Part shown: in pieces, positions 6,903 through 18,140 of the stretch | Layout: each line of letters opens with the position of its first letter | Position numbering within the stretch: position 1 is the stretch's first letter | Assembly: GCA_031266295.1 (NCBI GenBank) | Contig: JAISBH010000157.1 | Span: forward strand, 1-38,417 | Source of the DNA: Oscillospiraceae bacterium | GTDB taxonomy: Bacteria > Bacillota > Clostridia > Christensenellales > Aristaeellaceae | Reading direction: 5' to 3' | Length of the DNA: 38,417 bases | Program-made: the position numbers and the translations under genes | Notes under the pieces: model-generated | What the model was told of the DNA's origin: nothing | Databases searched by the model: none | What the model saw: only the letters and a program-made list of their open reading frames with translations

Positions 6903-9068
6903 GTGAGAGGGGTGATCGGTACGGTATTATTCTCGCGCTGGCTGCTAAGGCACAGGCGGCTGATGGTGACGATCTTCACGGTCGCCGCGCTGGCGGGCGT
7001 GGCGCTGTCGCTTGGCGTAACGGTAAACAACAACCTGGTGGATTATCTGCCAGAATCGGCTCCGTCCACTCGCGCGCTGGAAGTGATGGGACAAGCCTTC
7101 ACCGGCGCGTCTGAAAACGCGCAGGTCATGGCGGTTGACGTCAGCCTCGCCGACGCGCTGGACTTAAAGCGGCGGCTCGCCGCTGTAGACGGGATCGAAG
7201 CCGTTTCATGGCTGGACAACCTGATTGACATGACCGTGCCGATCGAGCTGGCCGATCAGGCTATCGTCGGCGCGTACTATAAAGACGGCAACGCGCTGTA
7301 CTCTGTTTCGATAGCGGAGGGACGGGAGGCCGACGTCGTCGACTCCGTCCGCGATATCCTCCGGCCCGGCGACGCGCTGGCCGGTCATGCCGTCGAGTCA
7401 GCAAAGCTGCAGCGACTCGCGTCGGTCGAAACCCGCAACGCGATGCTGATACTGCTGCCGCTGATACTGCTTGTGCTCATCATATCCACTGAGTCATGGC
7501 TGGAGCCGCTGCTGTATCTGGCGGCGATAGGCATACCGGTGCTGATCAACATGGGCACGAACGTATTCTTCAAGGACGTGTCGTTCATCACTCAGACGGT
7601 AAGCCCGATACTGCAGATGGCCGTGTCGCTGGATTACGCGGTGTTCCTGCTTCATCGGTTCAGGGCAAACCGGGATCGGAAGGATCCTATGGAGCCGTTC
7701 GAGGCGATGCGCGAGGCCGTAGGGTTCTCGTTCGGCTCGATAGCAGCCAGCGCAGCGACGACGTTCTTCGGTTTCCTCGCGCTGATGTTCATGCAATTCC
7801 AGATCGGCGCGGATTTGGGGATGAACTTGGTGAAGGGTATCGCGCTGAGTTTCATGTCGGTGATATTGTTCCTGCCGTGCCTGACGCTGTGCTGTCTGCC
7901 ATGGCTGGATAAGACGCGCCATCGCCCGTTGCTGCCCGACTTCGCCAAGTCGAAGATCAGCTCGAAAACCGGGCACAAGACATACGGCGTCGGCTCTGTG
8001 CTGTTCAAGACGCGCTGGGTCGCGGCGATCGTCATACTGCTGGCCGTCGTGCCCGCGTTCGTCGCGCAGAACGCCAATACGTTCACATACGGCATGACGT
8101 CCGTCATTTCCGATGATTCATACGAGAGCGATGCGGCGCGCATAGCGAAGGTGTTCGGCGCGTCGACGCCTATGGTCGTGCTCGTGCCGTCGGGCGAGCC
8201 GGGCAAGGAAGCTCAATTGTCCGCCGCGCTGGCCTCGATCCCGCGCGTGTCCAGCGTGATCTCATACGCCACTCAAGTCGGGTCGATGATCCCGCCCGAG
8301 GTAGTGCCTCAGGACGCGCTGTCTCAATTCCAGTCGGGCGGATGGAGCCGATTGATCCTCTATGTGGACGCGGAGGACGAAAGCCCCGGCGCATATCAGC
8401 TGGTCGATGATATCCGCGCGGCGGCTGACTCCGTATACCCCGGCGAGGGCTTGGTCGCGGGTCAGCACGCGAATATATATGACATCCGCGAAGTGATCAC
8501 CCGCGATCAACCGATCGTTAACTATGTGGCCGTCGGCGCGATACTGCTGGTGCTGCTGCTGTCGTTCCGTTCCATATCGCTGCCTATTCTGCTGACGCTG
8601 ACCATTGAGGCCGCGACGTGGATCAACCTGTCGTTGCCGTACTTTACCAGCTCGCCGCTGTGCTACATCGGCTACCTGGTGGTATCGACCGTGCAGCTGG
8701 GGGCGACGGTGGATTACGCGATACTGTTCACCGACCACTACCTGAAAAATCGCAGGAAGCGTGGCAAGCGCGAGGCCATCGCGCGCTCGACCAGTAAGAC
8801 GTTCGGGTCGATACTGATATCCGGCGCGATACTCTCCGGCGCGGGGGTCGCGCTGTCCCTGACGTCGACCAACGAGATCGTCAGGCAGATGGGGGTATTG
8901 CTCGCGCGCGGTACGGCGCTGTCCATTCTGCTGGTGGTATTCTTCCTTCCGGCGGCGTGCGCGCTGCTGGACGGGGTGATCCAGCGCACGACAATCAACG
9001 CACGTTTCCTGCAGCGCAAGGCCGAACCCGTACGGGACGCGAAAACGGAAGGGAGCGATAACGAATGA
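6903..9068 (+). CDS. MMPL/RND-superfamily membrane transporter (YdfJ-like), 721 aa
   Basis: Duplicated architecture: one TM, an extracytoplasmic loop, then a 5-TM bundle, twice over. The length is typical of Firmicute MMPL proteins. GTG start at 6903; the exact start is uncertain. Confidence 0.8.
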   Translation: MRGVIGTVLFSRWLLRHRRLMVTIFTVAALAGVALSLGVTVNNNLVDYLPESAPSTRALEVMGQAFTGASENAQVMAVDVSLADALDLKRRLAAVDGIEAVSWLDNLIDMTVPIELADQAIVGAYYKDGNALYSVSIAEGREADVVDSVRDILRPGDALAGHAVESAKLQRLASVETRNAMLILLPLILLVLIISTESWLEPLLYLAAIGIPVLINMGTNVFFKDVSFITQTVSPILQMAVSLDYAVFLLHRFRANRDRKDPMEPFEAMREAVGFSFGSIAASAATTFFGFLALMFMQFQIGADLGMNLVKGIALSFMSVILFLPCLTLCCLPWLDKTRHRPLLPDFAKSKISSKTGHKTYGVGSVLFKTRWVAAIVILLAVVPAFVAQNANTFTYGMTSVISDDSYESDAARIAKVFGASTPMVVLVPSGEPGKEAQLSAALASIPRVSSVISYATQVGSMIPPEVVPQDALSQFQSGGWSRLILYVDAEDESPGAYQLVDDIRAAADSVYPGEGLVAGQHANIYDIREVITRDQPIVNYVAVGAILLVLLLSFRSISLPILLTLTIEAATWINLSLPYFTSSPLCYIGYLVVSTVQLGATVDYAILFTDHYLKNRRKRGKREAIARSTSKTFGSILISGAILSGAGVALSLTSTNEIVRQMGVLLARGTALSILLVVFFLPAACALLDGVIQRTTINARFLQRKAEPVRDAKTEGSDNE

Positions 9069-10663
9069 CCACTAACGCGAAGTTCGCGGCCTTCGGGCGG
9101 GGACTCTTTCACAAGGGCAGTAAGGCGGGACGCGCGGTTCCGTGCGCGCTTGCCTTGACATTGCTGATCGGCGCGCTTGGCCTTTCCGCGTTCGCCGCCC
9201 CGGCGAACAACGAGGCGCTACCGCCGTATCTGAAGGAGGAGACGGTCTACGGCTCGCTGGATGCGTCAGGCGGCGTGCGGACGCTGTATATTGTGAATAC
9301 GCTGCTGTCGGATCAGTCCGGAACCGCCGTCGACTACGGCGGCTATAAGGCGGTAACCAACCTCTCCAATTCAACCGCGCTGGACTACAATCCTGACGAA
9401 GGGACGGTCGAGGCCGCGCTGACGGCGGGCGAGCCGTTCATGTACCAGGGCGCGTTGGATTCGACGGCGCTGCCTTGGCTGTTCGCGGTCCGCTACACGA
9501 TCGATGGCAAAGAGGTCGCCGCAGATGAATTGGGCGGCATGTCGGGACGCTTGGGTATAATGGTCGGCGCGGTCAGGAACGCCGAGGCAGTCGACGCTTC
9601 CTATTACGATAACTATGCGCTGCAGGTATCGCTGCCGCTGTCCAAGGCCTTATGCCGCAACGTAACCGTCGTTGGCGCGACGCTGGCCGACGCGGGTTTG
9701 TCGCGCCAGGTCACCGCGACCGCGCTGCCCGGCTCGCCGTTGTATTTCTCGGTCGGAGCGGACGTGACGAATTTTGAGATGGATTCGATCACCATCGCCG
9801 CCGCGCCGTTCTCTATGAAGATCAACCTGCCCGACATCCAGCCGATGCTGGGGCAATTCTCGCAGCTGACCGACGGGTCCGCGCAGATTCAGCAAGCGCT
9901 CGACGAGATGAAGGTCGCGCTCGACGCGGCTCTTAACGGCGCCGACGATGATGAGTCCACGTCGGCCATGCCTTCCACATCTCAGATAAGCGTGGGCATG
10001 TCCATGATGATCGCCGCGCTGAACGGTACGTCTCTCCAACTGGGACAAATGGAAGCGGGGCTGGCGGCTCTGGCGGATTCAATCAGCCAGCTAACGGAAG
10101 CGCTCCCGGCTGAACCCCTTAACGAGGAACAGGCGGCGGCATTGACGGCGTTGTATGAATCCGCGCCCGAATCTAAGGCGCTGCTGGATCAGCTGTCAGC
10201 GGGTTACGCGGCTGCTGCCATAGGCGGGGCGGCTCTGACCGAGGCGCGGCCCCAGGCGGAGGCGTTCGCGCAGGCTATAGCGCCGCTGCGTTCGGGACTA
10301 GATACCGTCGCTTCGTCGCTGAGCCAGTCCGGGGAAATGCTGACGGGCATGGCCGCGCAGGCGGAGGGGCTGACGCAGCTGCTGGACGGCCTGACTCAAT
10401 TGAGCGAGCAATACAGCCTGTTCCACGAAGGCATAGAGTCGATACCCGATCAGGCCGAAGCGGTCATCCATGATATGACGTCCGCGTTCGACCGCAGCGG
10501 ATATCGGCCGAACTCGTACGCCGACGAGCGGTGCGGTCAGGTAGAGGCGCTGCAGTTCACGCTTCGCACGGACGCTATCGCCGCGCCCAAGGCGGCAGCG
10601 GAGGCGGAATCGGCGCAGGAGCCGGAGACATTCCTGGAACGCTTGACGAAGCTGTTCAAATAA
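9065..10663 (+). CDS. Secreted or N-terminally anchored protein with Leu/Gly/Gln-rich coiled-coil-like repeats reminiscent of the YhgE/Pip extracellular region; no C-terminal TM bundle
   Basis: ATGA overlap with the MMPL stop. Signal-like N-terminus AVPCALALTLLIGALGLSAFAAP. Repeats include LGQFSQLTDGSAQIQQALDEM, LQLGQMEAGLAALADSISQLTEAL and LTQLLDGLTQLSEQ. Confidence 0.55.
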   Translation: MTTNAKFAAFGRGLFHKGSKAGRAVPCALALTLLIGALGLSAFAAPANNEALPPYLKEETVYGSLDASGGVRTLYIVNTLLSDQSGTAVDYGGYKAVTNLSNSTALDYNPDEGTVEAALTAGEPFMYQGALDSTALPWLFAVRYTIDGKEVAADELGGMSGRLGIMVGAVRNAEAVDASYYDNYALQVSLPLSKALCRNVTVVGATLADAGLSRQVTATALPGSPLYFSVGADVTNFEMDSITIAAAPFSMKINLPDIQPMLGQFSQLTDGSAQIQQALDEMKVALDAALNGADDDESTSAMPSTSQISVGMSMMIAALNGTSLQLGQMEAGLAALADSISQLTEALPAEPLNEEQAAALTALYESAPESKALLDQLSAGYAAAAIGGAALTEARPQAEAFAQAIAPLRSGLDTVASSLSQSGEMLTGMAAQAEGLTQLLDGLTQLSEQYSLFHEGIESIPDQAEAVIHDMTSAFDRSGYRPNSYADERCGQVEALQFTLRTDAIAAPKAAAEAESAQEPETFLERLTKLFK

Positions 10664-10675
10664 CCGTTTATATCA

Positions 10676-10703
10676 AGGGCGGCTGCGGACAGCCGCCCCT
10701 TTG
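10676..10703 (+). terminator. Intra-operon hairpin (possible attenuator or weak terminator)
   Basis: GGGCGGCTG (10676-10684), loop CGGA, then CAGCCGCCC (10689-10697), followed by CTTTGAAT. The U-tract is weak. Confidence 0.4.
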
Positions 10704-10720
10704 AATCATGGAGGCCGTTT

Positions 10721-11419
10721 ATGTCCCAACCGTTGATATTGGTGTGCGACGACGATCCTATCGTCCATCAATCCATCAACTTATACCTGGACGCCGAGGG
10801 ATTCGAGCACCGTTCCGCGTATACCGGTCCGCAGGCGCTGACCGCCGCGACATCTGCGCCCGAACCGAGCCTCGTGCTGCTGGATATCATGATGCCTGAA
10901 TTATCCGGCATGGATATATGCCGCGCGTTGCGCAAGATATCGCAGGTGCCGGTGATAATGCTCACTGCGCGCGGCGAGGAGTTCGATCGCGTACTGGGGC
11001 TGGAACTGGGCGCGGACGATTACATCGTCAAGCCATTCTCACCACGGGAGGTTATATCACGCATCAAAGCCGTACTGCGCCGCGCCAGCGGGCAGATGCG
11101 TGAGGAACCCACTGGCGTGATGGTGTTCGGCCATCTTACGATAATGCCTGACAGCTATACCGTTCAGCTAAACGGCGAGAACGTGGCGATGACCCCGCGC
11201 GAGGTTGAGCTGCTCGTGCTGCTGGCCTCGCATCCGGGCCGCGTACTCCCGCGCGAGACGATACTGTCTCAGGTATGGGGTTACGACTACTACGGCGACT
11301 CGCGCACCGTGGATACGCATATCAAGCGTCTGCGCCAGAAACTCTCCGTGCCCGACGCAGTATGGCAGATCACCACAGTATACGGCGTAGGCTACAAATT
11401 CGAGGCGGGCGCAGGATGA
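10721..11419 (+). CDS. OmpR/PhoB-family response regulator
   Basis: Receiver motifs DDD, LLDIMMP and KPF. Winged-helix end TVDTHIKRLRQKL...GVGYKF. GGAGG lies 7 nt upstream. Confidence 0.9.
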   Translation: MSQPLILVCDDDPIVHQSINLYLDAEGFEHRSAYTGPQALTAATSAPEPSLVLLDIMMPELSGMDICRALRKISQVPVIMLTARGEEFDRVLGLELGADDYIVKPFSPREVISRIKAVLRRASGQMREEPTGVMVFGHLTIMPDSYTVQLNGENVAMTPREVELLVLLASHPGRVLPRETILSQVWGYDYYGDSRTVDTHIKRLRQKLSVPDAVWQITTVYGVGYKFEAGAG

Positions 11420-12954
11420 CAGGCAAGGCTGACTCGTCCAGGGCATTCGGGACGAAGGGCGGCGTCAGGCGCACGTTTTCGAGGGGGAAGCGAAAACTGC
11501 AGCATGTGGTCATGTGGAAGAGCTTCACGATAAAGCGCGTGATGCTGCTGGTCATGATGGGCATCATGCTTTCCTCGACCATATCGCTATCGATGTATGA
11601 GCTGTGGGTGCCGCGCCTGCTGATCGACGCGCGGGTACCGTTGGGGATGGTCAACGCCGTTATCGCCGCGCTGCGACACACTTTACGGGTGTCGTCGGTG
11701 CTGTCGATACTGGTGCTGTTGCCGCTGTGCGCCATGGCCGCGATGCAGATCATCCGCCCGTTGTACAGCGTCCATGATCGCGCGATACGCATGGCCAGCG
11801 GCGACCTGCATACGCCGGTAATCATCAGGGCGGGCGGGGAGCTGGGTGAACTGGCCAACGCGCTGAACGCGCTGTCCGAGCGTGTCAGCAACTCCCAGGA
11901 CGCGCTGATGATCGAGCGGGTTCGCGCGCTGCGAATACTCAACGCGCTGGACGAGGGCATACTCTCCGTGGATGCTAACGGCATAATCAATCAGATAAAC
12001 CCGACACTGATGGCCGTGATGCCCGTGCGTTCTGGTGATCCGCTGCCCGATATGGTTGAGGAAGCGTTCCGTGCGGCTATGCGCGAAAACAGGCAAACCG
12101 CCTTTAATCTGGCGCAGAAAACGCCGCATGGCGAGCGTATTTGGGCGTGCAAGGTGCTGCCGATCCGGTCGAAGGAAGGCGCGGTCATCGGAGCGGTGGG
12201 GGTGTTCCGGGATGAGACGCAGTCGATTCAACTGGAACGGACGCGCCGTGATTATGTCGCGAACGTGTCGCATGAGCTGCGCTCGCCGCTGACCGCGCTG
12301 CGCTGCCTGATCGAGCCGTTAAGCGACGGAATGATCCAGCAGGATGAAAAGAAGCAGGAGATATACGATATACTGCTGCGTGAAACGGTGCGGTTATCGC
12401 GGCTGGTAGACGACATGCTGGAGTTGTCACGGCTGCAATCGGGGGCGCTTGCGCTTGAGAAGATGGTGTTTGAACCGCTGCCGCTGCTGAGGCAGATAGC
12501 GGACATGATTGAACCGCGCGTGCTCGACAGGGGGCTGACGTTCGAACGGAGGCTGCCTGAATCGCTGCCCGAGGGATTTGGCAATCCGGACAGGATAGAG
12601 CAGGTGCTGATTGCGTTATTAGACAATTCTATTAAGTTTACACCGGTAGGCGGCGTTATAACGATGGGTGCGTCGTTAGTCGTGGTTGATAATGGCGGGA
12701 TGGGTGATGTGATAGAGATTTCGGTGTCGAACACAGGGGCGGGGATTACGCCGGAGGATCTGCCGCATGTGTTCGAGCGGTTTTACAAGGCGGATAAGGC
12801 GCACGCGGAGAAAGGTACAGGGTTGGGGCTGGCTATAGCGAAGGAACTGCTAGCGCGGCTGGGCGAGACCATCCGAGCGGAGAATCTGCCCGGCGCGGGC
12901 GTGAGGTTTACGTTCACGCTGCATTTTGCGCGGGAAGAGAACGCTGCGGCATAG
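11416..12954 (+). CDS. Sensor histidine kinase (2 TM, short loop, HAMP, PAS, HisKA, HATPase_c)
   Basis: H-box VSHELRSPLTAL and G2 box GTGLGLAIAKEL. A HAMP-like segment follows TM2. ATG 11416 is preferred because it overlaps the regulator stop as ATGA; the track start 11275 lies inside the regulator gene. Confidence 0.85.
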   Translation: MTGKADSSRAFGTKGGVRRTFSRGKRKLQHVVMWKSFTIKRVMLLVMMGIMLSSTISLSMYELWVPRLLIDARVPLGMVNAVIAALRHTLRVSSVLSILVLLPLCAMAAMQIIRPLYSVHDRAIRMASGDLHTPVIIRAGGELGELANALNALSERVSNSQDALMIERVRALRILNALDEGILSVDANGIINQINPTLMAVMPVRSGDPLPDMVEEAFRAAMRENRQTAFNLAQKTPHGERIWACKVLPIRSKEGAVIGAVGVFRDETQSIQLERTRRDYVANVSHELRSPLTALRCLIEPLSDGMIQQDEKKQEIYDILLRETVRLSRLVDDMLELSRLQSGALALEKMVFEPLPLLRQIADMIEPRVLDRGLTFERRLPESLPEGFGNPDRIEQVLIALLDNSIKFTPVGGVITMGASLVVVDNGGMGDVIEISVSNTGAGITPEDLPHVFERFYKADKAHAEKGTGLGLAIAKELLARLGETIRAENLPGAGVRFTFTLHFAREENAAA

Positions 12955-13049
12955 AACGGGGTTGGGGTTCCGCCCCCTCTGCCGCTGCGGCGACGCGGCG
13001 CATCCGCGCCTTCGGGAAGGGGACTCACGTCCCCCTCCCGACCTCCCCC

Positions 13050-13268
13050 GGGGCTTGGAACGAGAGAACGAAGGAACCGGTTGCGTTCCGGAACAGACTA
13101 TCCAGGTACAACCGGTTGGTCGAAGCCGGTAGAACGTGTATCACGATGGTCCAGGCGAAGCCTGGTCAGGATTCGAAAGGGCGGATAGCCCTTCGCAGGG
13201 TCTGGGACAGAGTCCCAGGCTCCCCGCAGGGACGTTCCCCGTTCCTACGTTCCCCCCGTTCCAACTCC
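13050..13268. other. Hairpin-dense non-coding element closed by nested GGAAC/GTTCC pairings (candidate structured RNA or MITE-like element)
   Basis: Nested complementary segments: TTGGAAC 13055-13061 with GTTCCAA 13258-13264; GAAC 13066-13069 with GTTC 13241-13244; GGAAC 13073-13077 with GTTCC 13234-13238. Internal hairpins: 13111-13130, 13151-13165, 13174-13195 and 13202-13218. Confidence 0.3.
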
Positions 13269-13269
13269 T

Positions 13270-13327
13270 GCGCCCGCCAGAAAAATATTATAATGAAGTA
13301 GTCATCTCACACCATAGTGGCGGGCGC
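13270..13327. repeat. Perfect 10-bp GC-rich inverted repeat flanking a 38-bp AT-rich spacer
   Basis: GCGCCCGCCA (13270-13279) and TGGCGGGCGC (13318-13327). The spacer contains TATTATAAT. Confidence 0.5.
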
Positions 13328-13408
13328 TACAAACTTAAAGCGCATTCGGTTCGCAAACCGAACAGCGTCCCGCCGCAGCGGACAGCCGGAAGTTGCGTCA
13401 ACACATAG

Positions 13409-13437
13409 TTGACCTGCCGCGCCCGCTATGCTAGAAT
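13409..13437 (+). promoter_or_regulatory. Sigma-70-type promoter placed for a leaderless transcript
   Basis: TTGACC (13409-13414), a 17-nt spacer, then TAGAAT (13432-13437) preceded by TGC. Only CCCCCC separates the -10 from ATG 13444. Confidence 0.55.
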
Positions 13438-13443
13438 CCCCCC

Positions 13444-14772
13444 ATGAGAATCCATATGCTGTCAATCGGCACCACGGGCGACGTGATTCCGATGATATTG
13501 ATAGGCCAGGAACTACAGCGGCGCGGACATGTCGTCAGAATCGCCGCGTTTGAACCGCTGGGCAAGGCGATATGCGGAGCGGGATTGGAATTCTACTGCT
13601 TGCCCGGCGACGCGTATAAGTATATCGGCACGCTAATCCAGCCCGGCGGCAGCCCCGTTACGTTTGTGTACCGACTAACCCAGTCGCTGAAAGCACTGAT
13701 CAAGCCGCTTACCCGCTCACTGATGGAGGCTTCACAAGGCGCGGATGCACTCGTGCTGACCTACTTTGGGTCGATGGGCTATTCGATCGCTGAAAAATTT
13801 GGCATACCATGCTTTCAGCTGCATTATTATCCTATGGACATATCCAGTGATGTACCCCAGGCGATCATGCCCCAGCTCCGCCTGGGCCGTGCATACAACC
13901 GCCTGACATACTCGCTAACATATCTGACCGTCGGCGGACTGGAGTATCACTACCTACACCGCTGGCGCAAGCTGAACGGGATGCGCGCGCGGCGAATCCG
14001 CACGCATCCCGATTACACGGTCGGACAGTGGCAGATCCCTGTGCTGTACGCGATCAGCCGCCAGCTCGTGCCACGATCGCTGGACTGGCCGCACAATATC
14101 AACATGATCGGATTCATCCAGCCTAAAGAGCCAGCGGCGTTCGAGCCGTCGCCCTCTCTGTCCTCGTTCCTTAATCAGGAACCGAAGCCCATATATATCG
14201 GCTTCGGATCAATGACTTCGGGCGATATGGCCGCAGCGCTGGAAGTGACGATCGAGAGCCTGAAGCGGCTGGGTATGCGCGCCGTGATGATAAAGGGATG
14301 GGGCGGAGCGGCGCAGGACTCCAAGATATCCGAACGCCTGCGCAAAAGCGAGCAGCTCTTCCTGGTGGACTTTGTACCCCACAGCTGGCTGTTCCAGAGG
14401 GTGAGCGCGGTGGTGCATCATGGAGGCGCGGGCACTACGGCGGCTGGGTTATACGCCGGTCTTCCTACGCTGGTGATACCGTTCGGCGCGGATCAACCGT
14501 TCTGGGGCGAACAGGTCTACCGCCACAACGTAGGCCCGAAGCCGATACCGCGCGACAAGCTGGACGTGGATCGACTCACCCAGGCGCTGTACCAATTGGT
14601 ACATAACCCAATATACCGAGAAAACGCTCAATATATCGCTAAGCATCTGCGCATTGAGGACGGCGCGTCCGAGGCCTCAGACGTGATCGAGCGCGAGTGC
14701 GCGGCGTTCTCGCGCACCATGACGAAGGTGCAGGTCAAGCGCCCGAGGCGACGCAAACGTAACAATGCCTGA
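13444..14772 (+). CDS. GT1-family UDP-glycosyltransferase (MGT / sterol-glucosyltransferase-like, GT28 N-terminal type)
   Basis: N-terminal SIGTTGDVIPM motif. C-terminal nucleotide-sugar motif HHGGAGTTAAGLYAGLPTLVIPFGADQPFWG. Basic tail KRPRRRKRNNA. Confidence 0.85.
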   Translation: MRIHMLSIGTTGDVIPMILIGQELQRRGHVVRIAAFEPLGKAICGAGLEFYCLPGDAYKYIGTLIQPGGSPVTFVYRLTQSLKALIKPLTRSLMEASQGADALVLTYFGSMGYSIAEKFGIPCFQLHYYPMDISSDVPQAIMPQLRLGRAYNRLTYSLTYLTVGGLEYHYLHRWRKLNGMRARRIRTHPDYTVGQWQIPVLYAISRQLVPRSLDWPHNINMIGFIQPKEPAAFEPSPSLSSFLNQEPKPIYIGFGSMTSGDMAAALEVTIESLKRLGMRAVMIKGWGGAAQDSKISERLRKSEQLFLVDFVPHSWLFQRVSAVVHHGGAGTTAAGLYAGLPTLVIPFGADQPFWGEQVYRHNVGPKPIPRDKLDVDRLTQALYQLVHNPIYRENAQYIAKHLRIEDGASEASDVIERECAAFSRTMTKVQVKRPRRRKRNNA

Positions 14773-17940
<3,168 letters not shown>

Positions 17941-17986
17941 GCGGGAAACAGGAGCTGCTAGCTGCAACTAACTAACACATATTAAT

Positions 17987-18027
17987 ATATACAGCGAGCC
18001 GCCAGTTGCAGGCGGCTCGCTGTATAT
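17987..18027 (+). terminator. Strong stem-loop after lacZ
   Basis: Perfect 17-bp stem ATATACAGCGAGCCGCC / GGCGGCTCGCTGTATAT with a 7-nt loop. The flanks are AT-rich but there is no clean U-tract. Confidence 0.6.
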
Positions 18028-18062
18028 TCATGAACATGCCCTGATTTTGCCCTGCCTAAGCC

Positions 18063-18091
18063 TTGACAGCGCTTTGTAGGATGTGTATAGT
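18063..18091 (+). promoter_or_regulatory. Sigma-70-type promoter for the sugar ABC importer genes
   Basis: TTGACA (18063-18068), a 17-nt spacer, then TATAGT (18086-18091). The ORF-track TTG start at 18063 is the -35 box itself. Confidence 0.55.
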
Positions 18092-18140
18092 ATTCATTGT
18101 AGAATTTTATCCATGTGGAATACTTATGGGAGCGACGCAG

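Noticed and set aside
13116-13408. Track ORFs 13116-13301 and 13136-13408 as small proteins.
   Set aside because: They overlap each other in different frames, have no RBS, and are Pro/Arg/Ser-rich. They run through a series of strong hairpins and are better explained as non-coding structured DNA or RNA.
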